Assembly (NCBI GenBank): GCA_022574495.1
Contig: JACZRW010000001.1
Span: 1-52,549 of the forward strand
Direction of reading: 5' to 3'
Length of the DNA: 52,549 nucleotides
Origin: Patescibacteria group bacterium
GTDB lineage: Bacteria; Patescibacteriota; Microgenomatia; Woykebacterales; RBG-16-39-9b
Both the position numbers and the translations under genes were made by a program. Below, piece after piece: positions 31,011 to 38,910 of the stretch; position 1 is the first letter of the stretch; each line of letters begins with the position of its first letter. The notes below the pieces were generated by a model. It worked only from the letters and a program-made list of their open reading frames with translations. It was not told where the DNA came from and did not search any database.

Positions 31011-31420
31011 CGTGAGGAGAAGTATACCTCAATCAGTAAAGCGATCCCAATTAAAAAAGCCGAATTTAATAGATTATCGAGGCCGTATATTTTTAGAAAG
31101 CCTAGAGATAAAAGTGCGGTTGCAAATATTGCACCGCGGCGCAAAGAGGTACGAAACACTTTTCTTGGTCTTAAAGATTCTTCAAGTTCCAACCTTTTCT
31201 TGGAGGAATCATCAAACAAAAAGTGTACCAAGTAGAGAAAGATTCCGATAGTGGTAGTTATGGCTAACCAGCCAGAAACAAAAAAGTAGATAAAATTTAT
31301 AGTTATAAAATTATCATTTATTTCAGGAGGGATTGTCGGTGGAATTTGCCATACGATATATCCAAACACAACCCAAGAAACTAAACTTAGTAAGAGTATT
31401 GGGATTAAGAATCGCCTCAT
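31007..31420 (-). CDS. Hypothetical membrane protein (about 4 TM)
   Basis: ATG at 31420 lies 7 nt after TAAAAT; stop overlaps the metG start. Confidence 0.75.
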   Translation of the reverse strand: MRRFLIPILLLSLVSWVVFGYIVWQIPPTIPPEINDNFITINFIYFFVSGWLAITTTIGIFLYLVHFLFDDSSKKRLELEESLRPRKVFRTSLRRGAIFATALLSLGFLKIYGLDNLLNSAFLIGIALLIEVYFSSR

Positions 31421-31489
31421 TGAATCTATTTTAGCCTCATTCACATTAAGTTTACAAGCTGATTGGCTTCTGCTAGTATTTCTCATATT

Positions 31490-32536
31490 ATGGATCAACA
31501 AACCCTCCTTTTAATTATTGGCGCTATTGTGGTAATTGGATTTTTTATATTTTATAAACAACTCCAGGAGCTTAAAGAAAAAAAGGAAGATAAATCTCAA
31601 GAAGTGCTGATGAAGTGGCTACAAGAAATGCGTGGAAGCCTGGATAAAAACACCGAGACTCTTGAGAAAAGACTTGAGTCTACAAATAAAGCAATTAATG
31701 AGAGGCTGGACAACGCTGCAAAAGTTATTGGAATGGTAGGGAAAGAAGTAGGCCAGATGAGTGAAATAGGTAGATCTATGAAAGATCTTCAGGATTTCTT
31801 GCGCAGCCCAAAACTGCGGGGAAATATTGGGGAACAAGTATTAAAGGAATTGCTTGGTCAATTTTTACCGAAGCAAAGCTTTCATTTACAGTATCGTTTT
31901 CGCACTGGAGATATAGTTGATGCGGCTATAAAGACAGATAATGGAATTATCCCTATTGATTCAAAATTTCCAATGGAGAATTTTAAAGGAATGATAAAAG
32001 CAGAAACTGAAGTAGAGAAAAAAACTTACGAAAAGGAATTCACCCGTGATGTGAAAAAGCACATAGATGATATTGCCAAGAAATATATTTTACCTGAAGA
32101 AGGCACTACCGATTACGCTCTCATGTACATCCCTTCTGAACCAGTATTTTACGAAATAATGAGTAACATTTCCGAACTTTCCGACTACTCCCAAAAAAGG
32201 CGTGTACTTCCGGTTTCCCCAGCCACTTTTTATGCATATATGCGCGCCATTCTTATGAGTTTTGAAGGGAAAAAAATTGAAGAAAGAACGCGCACTATTC
32301 TCGCCGCAATCAGAGGGATAAAAGGGGACTCAGAAAAATTTGGAGAAGCCCTGCGGGTGCTCACCAAACATATTAATGATACAAAAAATACTTCAGACCT
32401 TGTAAATTCGCGTTATATATCGCTAAATAGTAAGATAGACACCGCTGGTGGATTGAAATCAGGAAAAGGCGAGAGCAAGTCTCTCGAAGAGCCACACCCG
32501 CTCGAAGAAACAGAAGAGATTGCAGAAGAAAGATAG
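31490..32536 (+). CDS. rmuC: DNA recombination protein RmuC
   Basis: N-terminal TM, coiled coil, PKLRGNIGE, IDSKFP and YALMYIPSE motifs. Confidence 0.93.
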   Translation: MDQQTLLLIIGAIVVIGFFIFYKQLQELKEKKEDKSQEVLMKWLQEMRGSLDKNTETLEKRLESTNKAINERLDNAAKVIGMVGKEVGQMSEIGRSMKDLQDFLRSPKLRGNIGEQVLKELLGQFLPKQSFHLQYRFRTGDIVDAAIKTDNGIIPIDSKFPMENFKGMIKAETEVEKKTYEKEFTRDVKKHIDDIAKKYILPEEGTTDYALMYIPSEPVFYEIMSNISELSDYSQKRRVLPVSPATFYAYMRAILMSFEGKKIEERTRTILAAIRGIKGDSEKFGEALRVLTKHINDTKNTSDLVNSRYISLNSKIDTAGGLKSGKGESKSLEEPHPLEETEEIAEER

Positions 32537-32548
32537 AAAGGATCTGTC

Positions 32549-32845
32549 ATGAGCTTAGCGGAGAAGGTGACATTAGTCATCTGGCTCGCCGTCATTGGTT
32601 TGATGCCAATAGCAGAGATCGCAGGAAATAACACGCTGAACCTGATCTTGCTGCTGCTTTTCTGGGCGATTAGCCTAGTAGTCTCGGTGCCTTTCATCAG
32701 GTCTACGTGGAGCCGGTCAAGTAATCGAAAACTAGGGCTCATACCCTTCACTATTGGATGGTTCGCAGTGGTGATGAGTGGAGCATTGGTGTTACTGCTG
32801 ATTTCTCCAAAGCGTCGGGAAATTGAGGAAGGGAGGCTGCCATGA
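32549..32845 (+). CDS. Small hypothetical membrane protein (about 3 TM), GC-richer
   Basis: SD aaagga; hydrophobic; stop overlaps the next start (ATGA). Confidence 0.7.
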   Translation: MSLAEKVTLVIWLAVIGLMPIAEIAGNNTLNLILLLLFWAISLVVSVPFIRSTWSRSSNRKLGLIPFTIGWFAVVMSGALVLLLISPKRREIEEGRLP

Positions 32846-32937
32846 CCGAATGGTTGACGGCCACGATATTCTTCACCCTCTACCTGGCTGGAATAACTGT
32901 GTTAAGAAGGTGGGTGGCTAAGCACCTAAGTTGGTAG
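32842..32937 (+). CDS. 31-aa single-TM microprotein (not in ORF track)
   Basis: SD ggagg; ATGA coupling; MTEWLTATIFFTLYLAGITVLRRWVAKHLSW*. Confidence 0.65.
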   Translation: MTEWLTATIFFTLYLAGITVLRRWVAKHLSW

Positions 32938-32950
32938 AAAGGAGGCTGAT

Positions 32951-33265
32951 ATGGTGGAGAAATTGCCAACACTAGCTGTCTACCTTGGTTTTCTCATGGT
33001 AGGAGCGCTAATGTGGGCCATTTTGGTAATGTACGGCATCGAAGACTTTTGGGTATTGGCGACGATTTCAATATCTACAGTCTGGATGTTAGGCGCAGTT
33101 ATCACTTGGTTCATCCTCTGTCTGCATGACCGGGCAGTAGATGGCAGATGGAGCATCCTTAGGGATTTGTATGCCAAGGCCTGGACGAGTGGCTTTTGGT
33201 TCATCACCTTCCCACAACTGGATCTCGAAGTGAGGAACCAGGAGATGAATGAAGCCGGCCAGTAA
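32951..33265 (+). CDS. Small hypothetical membrane protein (about 2 TM, Trp-rich)
   Basis: SD aaaggagg before the ATG. Confidence 0.72.
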   Translation: MVEKLPTLAVYLGFLMVGALMWAILVMYGIEDFWVLATISISTVWMLGAVITWFILCLHDRAVDGRWSILRDLYAKAWTSGFWFITFPQLDLEVRNQEMNEAGQ

Positions 33266-33285
33266 CCAGTACGACCTGTCCGCAA

Positions 33286-33323
33286 AACCGCCGTCTCCTC
33301 ATGAGCCGGCGGTTACCATTTTT
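33286..33323 (+). terminator. Hairpin terminator closing the small membrane gene cluster
   Basis: aaccgccg...cggcggtt followed by accattttt. Confidence 0.55.
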
Positions 33324-33342
33324 GTGATAGAATTTGTTGACG

Positions 33343-36333
33343 ATGAAGGATAATTTGAAGGGTTTGAATAAAGCTCAGAAAGTGGCGGTAACTACTACCG
33401 AAGGTCCCCTACTAATTATTGCTGGCGCCGGAACTGGGAAGACTATGGTTATCACCCACCGCATCGCCCGTATTATTAAGAAAAAACTTGCTAAACCTTC
33501 CGAAATTTTGGCTCTTACTTTTACCGAAAAAGCCGCCGGAGAAATGGAAGAAAGAGTAGACGTGCTGGTTCCCTACGGCTATATAGATACTTGGATTTCC
33601 ACTTTTCACGCTTTTGGAAATAAAGTACTGCAAGAAAATGCTATCGATCTAGGCCTTCCACCAGATTATCGGGTGATGACCCGCCCGCAACAAGTTCTCT
33701 TTTTCCAACAAAATCTTTTCGCCTTCGATCTTTCTTATTATCGACCCCTCTCCAACCCAACCAAATTTATTGAAGCCATCCTATCTTTTATAAGTCGGGC
33801 TAAAGATGAAGATATTTCTCCAGAGCAATACCTAGCCTATGTGAAAAAGCTAAAAAAGACCTCTCCAGCAAAGCTAGATTTATCTAAAGAAGAATTCAAA
33901 ACAGAAATAAAGAGACAAGAGGAACTAGCTAACACTTATAAAAAATACGAAGATTTAAAAGAAAAAAATGGGCTTTTGGATTTTGGAGATCAAGTGGTAC
34001 TTACCCTGCGCCTTTTTAGGGACCGGCCGAAGATATTGAAAGAGTATCAAGAAAGATTTAAATATATTCTGGTAGATGAATATCAAGATACCAATTGGGC
34101 GCAGAATGAACTGGTAAAACTTTTGGCGAGTTATACAAAGAACATCTGTGTTGTGGCTGATGACGATCAATCTATCTATCGTTTTCGGGGGGCGGCGATA
34201 AGTAATGTTTTGGAATTTAAAAAAACTTACCCTAAAGCAAGAGTAGTTTCATTAATAGAAAATTACCGATCCACCCAACCACTGTTAGATAGTTCATACC
34301 GATTAATTAAGCATAATGATCCAGACCGTCTAGAGGTGAGAGAAAAAATAAGTAAGAAGCTTTTGGCAGTCCGTAAAAATAAAGGAAGAGGTCCTACTGA
34401 ATTATTTGCAGACACGTTGAGTGAAGAAGCCGATCTTGTAGCAAAAGAAATTGAAAATCTTACTCGGGGATTTCACCCAAAACAACCAGGAAAAAAAGCA
34501 GCTGGAAAGTATAGATCGCTTCGTGGGCTAAATTATCGAGATATCGCGATTTTGGTGCGAGCTAATTCTCAAGCCGATCCATTTTTACGTTCACTTAATA
34601 TGAAAGGAATCCCTCACAAATTTGTTGGTTCTTCCGGACTTTATAATCAGCCAGAAGTAAAACTTTTGATTTCCTACCTTTCCGCGATATCAAATTTTGA
34701 CGATAGTTTAAATCTATACAACCTTGCATCATCTGAAATTTATAAACTACCTATTGAGGATGCAATTACCGCTATGGATTTTGCAAAAAAGAGAAGTAAA
34801 ACTTTACGAAATGTGTTTGAAAAAATTGCAGACGGTGATGAAGAAGTGACAGTCAGTGAGGAAGGGATGGTAATAATAGAAAAAATTATTAACGATTTAA
34901 AAGCCGCGGCCGAGCTTTCCAAAAAAGAAAATGTGGGCCGGGTGCTTTATGATTTTTTAAAAGACACCGGTTATTTATCTCGACTAGAAAGAGAAGGGAG
35001 CATCGATTCGGAAATTAAGGTTCAAAATATTTCTAGATTTTTCGATAAAATAAAAGAGTTTGTAGATCTTGTTCAAAATGAATCTACCCGCGCGTTTGTG
35101 GATTACCTAGAGACGATGAGAGGAGTGGGAGATGATCCAGCTACGGTGGAATTTGATCCAGACTTGGACGCGGTAAATGTAATGACTGTACATTCTGCCA
35201 AAGGATTAGAATTTCCGGTGGTTTTTCTCGTAAATCTAGTGGCTGATCGTTTTCCTTCTCGGCAACGTGGCGACCCGATCCCTCTACCAGATGATTTAAT
35301 AAAAGAAACTTTACCAGCCGGAGACTTTCACATGCAAGAGGAAAGAAGGCTTTTTTACGTAGGGATGACTAGAGCCATGGATCGACTATATTTTTCCTGG
35401 GCCAGGGATATGGGTGGAAAAAGGATCAAAAAAGTCTCTCCTTATGTGTTAGAAAGTCTTGATAAGATAGAGTCAATTGCAAAATTAGTAAAATTATCTG
35501 CGGTTGAAAAAATTAAGCAGTTTGCCCCAGTAGAAAAGAAAAATTATAAACTCCCCCAAGCCGACCAAAAAATAATCAAACTAACCCAAGGATCAATTGA
35601 TGATTACGAGACTTGTGCGTATAAATATCGCTACGCCCATGTATTACGTCTACCAATTCTTCGCCATCACGCCATAGTTTACGGTTTTGCTCTGCACGCC
35701 GCCGTCGCCGAATTTTACCGACAAAAAATGAATAGAAGAAAACCCACTCTAAAAAAATTACTTGAGGTTTTAGAAAATACTTGGGTTACCGAAGGATTTC
35801 TATCCGCCGAACACGAAGAAAATAGATTGGAGCAAGCCAAAAAGGTGCTGGAGAGTTTCTATAAAAGAGAAAAGGATAAAAAAGAACTGCCAAAATTTAT
35901 TGAGAAAAATTTCCGTTTTAGTGTTGGTGATGTGTTGGTTACCGGGAGATTTGATCGTGTCGACGTTGAAGGGAACAAAGTTCGTGTTATCGATTTTAAA
36001 TCTAGTGAAAATCGTTCCCTGGAACAATTAGAAAAAGATGCAAAGAGTAGTGTGCAGCTGAGAATATATGCGTTGGGTTATTATAAAAGTTATGGAGTGA
36101 TACCAAAGTTTGTAGGGATTTATGATTTAGAGTCTGGACTTATCGGTGGTTATGAACCCACAAAAGAAGTGATGAAAAAGACAGAAGAGGAAGTGGTGGA
36201 GGTGGCCAGAAACGTACGTGGGGATCTACAAAACGATGCGTTCGTTGCCAATCCAAAGTATTTCGGCCGCCTCCCCGCCTGTTACTACTGTCCATACAGT
36301 AGTATATGCCCATTCTCACTAGCCAAAGGTTAA
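33343..36333 (+). CDS. UvrD/REP helicase fused to a PD-(D/E)XK nuclease with a 4-Cys Fe-S-type motif (AdnB/AddAB-like)
   Basis: AGAGTGKT, VDEYQD, TVHSAKGLEF and EERRLFYVGMTRA motifs; GRFDRVD...IDFKS; CAYKY...CYYCPYSSIC. Confidence 0.92.
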   Translation: MKDNLKGLNKAQKVAVTTTEGPLLIIAGAGTGKTMVITHRIARIIKKKLAKPSEILALTFTEKAAGEMEERVDVLVPYGYIDTWISTFHAFGNKVLQENAIDLGLPPDYRVMTRPQQVLFFQQNLFAFDLSYYRPLSNPTKFIEAILSFISRAKDEDISPEQYLAYVKKLKKTSPAKLDLSKEEFKTEIKRQEELANTYKKYEDLKEKNGLLDFGDQVVLTLRLFRDRPKILKEYQERFKYILVDEYQDTNWAQNELVKLLASYTKNICVVADDDQSIYRFRGAAISNVLEFKKTYPKARVVSLIENYRSTQPLLDSSYRLIKHNDPDRLEVREKISKKLLAVRKNKGRGPTELFADTLSEEADLVAKEIENLTRGFHPKQPGKKAAGKYRSLRGLNYRDIAILVRANSQADPFLRSLNMKGIPHKFVGSSGLYNQPEVKLLISYLSAISNFDDSLNLYNLASSEIYKLPIEDAITAMDFAKKRSKTLRNVFEKIADGDEEVTVSEEGMVIIEKIINDLKAAAELSKKENVGRVLYDFLKDTGYLSRLEREGSIDSEIKVQNISRFFDKIKEFVDLVQNESTRAFVDYLETMRGVGDDPATVEFDPDLDAVNVMTVHSAKGLEFPVVFLVNLVADRFPSRQRGDPIPLPDDLIKETLPAGDFHMQEERRLFYVGMTRAMDRLYFSWARDMGGKRIKKVSPYVLESLDKIESIAKLVKLSAVEKIKQFAPVEKKNYKLPQADQKIIKLTQGSIDDYETCAYKYRYAHVLRLPILRHHAIVYGFALHAAVAEFYRQKMNRRKPTLKKLLEVLENTWVTEGFLSAEHEENRLEQAKKVLESFYKREKDKKELPKFIEKNFRFSVGDVLVTGRFDRVDVEGNKVRVIDFKSSENRSLEQLEKDAKSSVQLRIYALGYYKSYGVIPKFVGIYDLESGLIGGYEPTKEVMKKTEEEVVEVARNVRGDLQNDAFVANPKYFGRLPACYYCPYSSICPFSLAKG

Positions 36334-36346
36334 ACATAAATATTAA

Positions 36347-36385
36347 CCCATAGTACTTGACAAGTGGGTAATTTTGTGGTATACT
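36347..36385 (+). promoter_or_regulatory. Cassette promoter 3 with CCCATAGT motif
   Basis: cccatagt-ac-TTGACA-17bp-TATACT with extended -10 TG. Confidence 0.8.
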
Positions 36386-36669
36386 ATATGTATATTTACG
36401 AAGCTAATAAAGTAAGTTCATTTAGCTTCAATACAGGGGTAATTTAAGTTCAAAGGGAAGATTGAGAGGGACTTTTTTGTACTTTGAAAATTATGTACTA
36501 TAAGATAATAGACGTATCTTGCGTTCTGTGAATTAAAGAAGCTGAGTAACTTTCACTAGGCGACTGATGCCTGGATAGAGTTTTCAGGTGTGAGTGTTTG
36601 CCCATCTTAGGTGGTTAAGCACTCCCATCTGGGAGCGAGGATCGGTCAGAAGACAAGGAGGTCAAAGCA

Positions 36670-36846
36670 ATGAGCGGGTTGCAGCTAGCATGGGATGTGT
36701 ATGGAGATGGAAAAGTCTCGAGGCAAAAGGCTTTCGAGGGGTCTTCGTCGTCACGCTCTCGTCAAGCCCGTCTTAGCCGAAAGGTAACCCCGCGGGATTT
36801 GCGCCCAAGTCGAGAAAGGGACGGGGTGAGGAAATTCCAGCGGTAA
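36670..36846 (+). CDS. 58-aa Arg/Ser-rich basic microprotein (below ORF-track cutoff)
   Basis: SD AAGGAGGT before the ATG; MSGLQLAWDVYGDGKVSRQKAFEGSSSSRSRQARLSRKVTPRDLRPSRERDGVRKFQR*. Confidence 0.65.
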   Translation: MSGLQLAWDVYGDGKVSRQKAFEGSSSSRSRQARLSRKVTPRDLRPSRERDGVRKFQR

Positions 36847-37092
36847 AGACTATTCAGAGCAAGGAGAGGAGGTGGTTGCAATTCATAGTTAGCAATCACT
36901 AGCAGATCTTCGTTGGGGGCGCGTAAGTAGGTTAATTCCGAAAAAGCGCGCCTCCTCCCAACTCTTAAAGATTTGGCCCGTAAGTGATTACGGGATTTAA
37001 AAAGAAAAGGAGGTGAATATTACTCCCTACCGCTTAGGGCCAAATTTTTGAGGGTTAGGAAAAGTAACACCAGTTAACTAGTTAATAAAAAT

Positions 37093-37136
37093 CTGGCTCG
37101 GAATGGACGAAAATCCACTCTGGGCTAGTTTTTTTT
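37093..37136 (+). terminator. Interrupted hairpin terminator closing the 36-37 kb locus
   Basis: ctggctcgga...tctgggctag followed by T8. Confidence 0.75.
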
Positions 37137-38008
37137 CAAAAAAATCTATTTAAAGAAAATATTAATTTTACTATTGGGTTGTAATATTTTACAAATGATC
37201 CTAGATAAGTAACTTCTTTTCCGCCAAAACCTCTTTTGAAATGAGTAAACCCCGCCCATTTTTTAGTAGCTTTTATTCTAGGATCTATAATTCCTTCAAA
37301 ATCGAATTCTTTATAACCTTTTTCTTTAGAAAGTTTTATTGCCTCCCAAACTACTAAATAAGGTGCTAAAAGTTCTCGGTTTTGCTTGGAAGATGCCGCT
37401 TCATAATAATAAGCTTTATTGTCGTAAAACATTAGAAATGCTCCAGCCAAAATGGCCTTATTCTTTTTTGCAAACAAAATCATTTTATTCTCACTGGGCA
37501 AAGAATTCCAAAGAAGTTTGGATTCTCTTTCTGAAGTCCAAAAACCCTTACGCTTAGAAGTTTCTTTGTGAAGTTTCAAAAATTTGTCAATATCAAGGGA
37601 TTTTTCTACTACCACCCCTTCCCGAACTGACCTCCTTATACTATAGCGAGTGTCTTTCTCCATATTTTTCAATAGCATTTCTTCAGGAGGGTTTAAGTCA
37701 ATAACGATTGTCTTTGTTGGCTGAAGACCCCAACTATCAATCTGAAACTTATTTGATTTTAATTCCGTCAATATTTTTTCGTCGCCAACACTAGAATTGG
37801 TTTCTAGCTTTACAAAAAACGCCCCTTCTTTCTTAGCAACCTTGTCAATTTTGCTAAAGGGTATTTTTGATTCTATTCTAGGAACTTTTATTAATGATCC
37901 AAAAGGAATTTTTCTGATAAAGATTTTCCTTGAATCCGTATCTACCGTTTTCCAGCCAAGTTTTTCCAAATATATCTGCCAATAATCGGATTGGCGTATA
38001 TCGGTCAT
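37136..38008 (-). CDS. FemAB/FemX-family peptidoglycan bridge peptidyltransferase
   Basis: DIRQS..W, TRYSIRRS, YLVVWEAI...FDFEGI and FKRGFGG motifs. Confidence 0.9.
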   Translation of the reverse strand: MTDIRQSDYWQIYLEKLGWKTVDTDSRKIFIRKIPFGSLIKVPRIESKIPFSKIDKVAKKEGAFFVKLETNSSVGDEKILTELKSNKFQIDSWGLQPTKTIVIDLNPPEEMLLKNMEKDTRYSIRRSVREGVVVEKSLDIDKFLKLHKETSKRKGFWTSERESKLLWNSLPSENKMILFAKKNKAILAGAFLMFYDNKAYYYEAASSKQNRELLAPYLVVWEAIKLSKEKGYKEFDFEGIIDPRIKATKKWAGFTHFKRGFGGKEVTYLGSFVKYYNPIVKLIFSLNRFF

Positions 38009-38036
38009 AATGGATTAATTTTAACACGTCGTTCAT

Positions 38037-38092
38037 GTCATTCTGAATTAATTTCAGAATCTCTGTTGATCCTGAATCAAGTTCAGGATGAC
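38037..38092. repeat. REP/BIME-like pair of inverted palindromes
   Basis: gtcattctgaattaatttcagaatct - ctgtt - gatcctgaatcaagttcaggatgac. Confidence 0.75.
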
Positions 38093-38121
38093 TTCTAAGT
38101 TACTTTAAATCTAGGGAAAAA

Positions 38122-38790
38122 TTAATTTTTGAGTATATATAAATCAGTTTGTCTAGAGCTCCACCAGCCCGTTTTTATGCTATCAAACCCAAGATCTATC
38201 ACGTTTCCTTTGATTGCCCCACCCGTATCCCCAGCGATAGCGATTCCATACCCAGGTACATATACTTTAGAACCAAGGGGAATTACTTGTGGATCCACAG
38301 CAATCACACCATACCCTGCTTTTAAACCTAACGCGGTGGTGCCACTACACCCGTAACAGGTGGAGTCGTAGGACGTTGCAAAAACCGAAAGTTTCTTAGT
38401 GTATTTTAAGGTTCCTTGAGGAGTCTTTATACTTCCTGGTTTTGAAGGTTCTACGAATATAGATGTTTGAAAAGATATTGGGGGTTGGTTGGAAGGATTT
38501 TTTATAATGTTATTAACGGAATTATTTTTAGCTGGTGGTTTTTTTAGTATTGTTTTTTCTGTGTCCAGCGGACCGACGCCAGCATTCAGGTGAGGAAGAT
38601 TGCTCAGTGAAGATTCTACAAGAGATTTAGTTGTATCTATAGATGTTAAGCTGGTTTGAGCAATGAGGGCTGCGGAGATTAAGAAAAAGCTGCCAATATA
38701 TTTCGATGGAATTCTGGCTACCACGAGAGTAGATATAGATTTTGTAGTATAGAGAGATTCACTCATCCAGCCTGCCAGCGGTTTGAGCAT
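38122..38790 (-). CDS. 3D-domain cell-wall protein
   Basis: ATSY, IAVDPQVIPLGSKVYVPGYG.AIAGDTGGAIKGN.IDL motifs. Confidence 0.9.
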   Translation of the reverse strand: MLKPLAGWMSESLYTTKSISTLVVARIPSKYIGSFFLISAALIAQTSLTSIDTTKSLVESSLSNLPHLNAGVGPLDTEKTILKKPPAKNNSVNNIIKNPSNQPPISFQTSIFVEPSKPGSIKTPQGTLKYTKKLSVFATSYDSTCYGCSGTTALGLKAGYGVIAVDPQVIPLGSKVYVPGYGIAIAGDTGGAIKGNVIDLGFDSIKTGWWSSRQTDLYILKN

Positions 38791-38910
38791 ATTAAATATA
38801 TAATAGGTAAAAGTTTTACTTTAGTAAAGTTGACTTGTGGTGTTAGAATCATCAACCCTACTTCGCCAAAGGCTACCTATAGCTTTAGCGACGGGTGGTG
38901 TGAAGTGGTG

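Noticed and set aside
36594..36845. Track ORF 36594-36776, and GAGGAAATTCC as an RNase P signature
   Set aside because: The SD-led ATG at 36670 in another frame is better supported. The RNase P motif is imperfect and its 3' P4 partner was not found.
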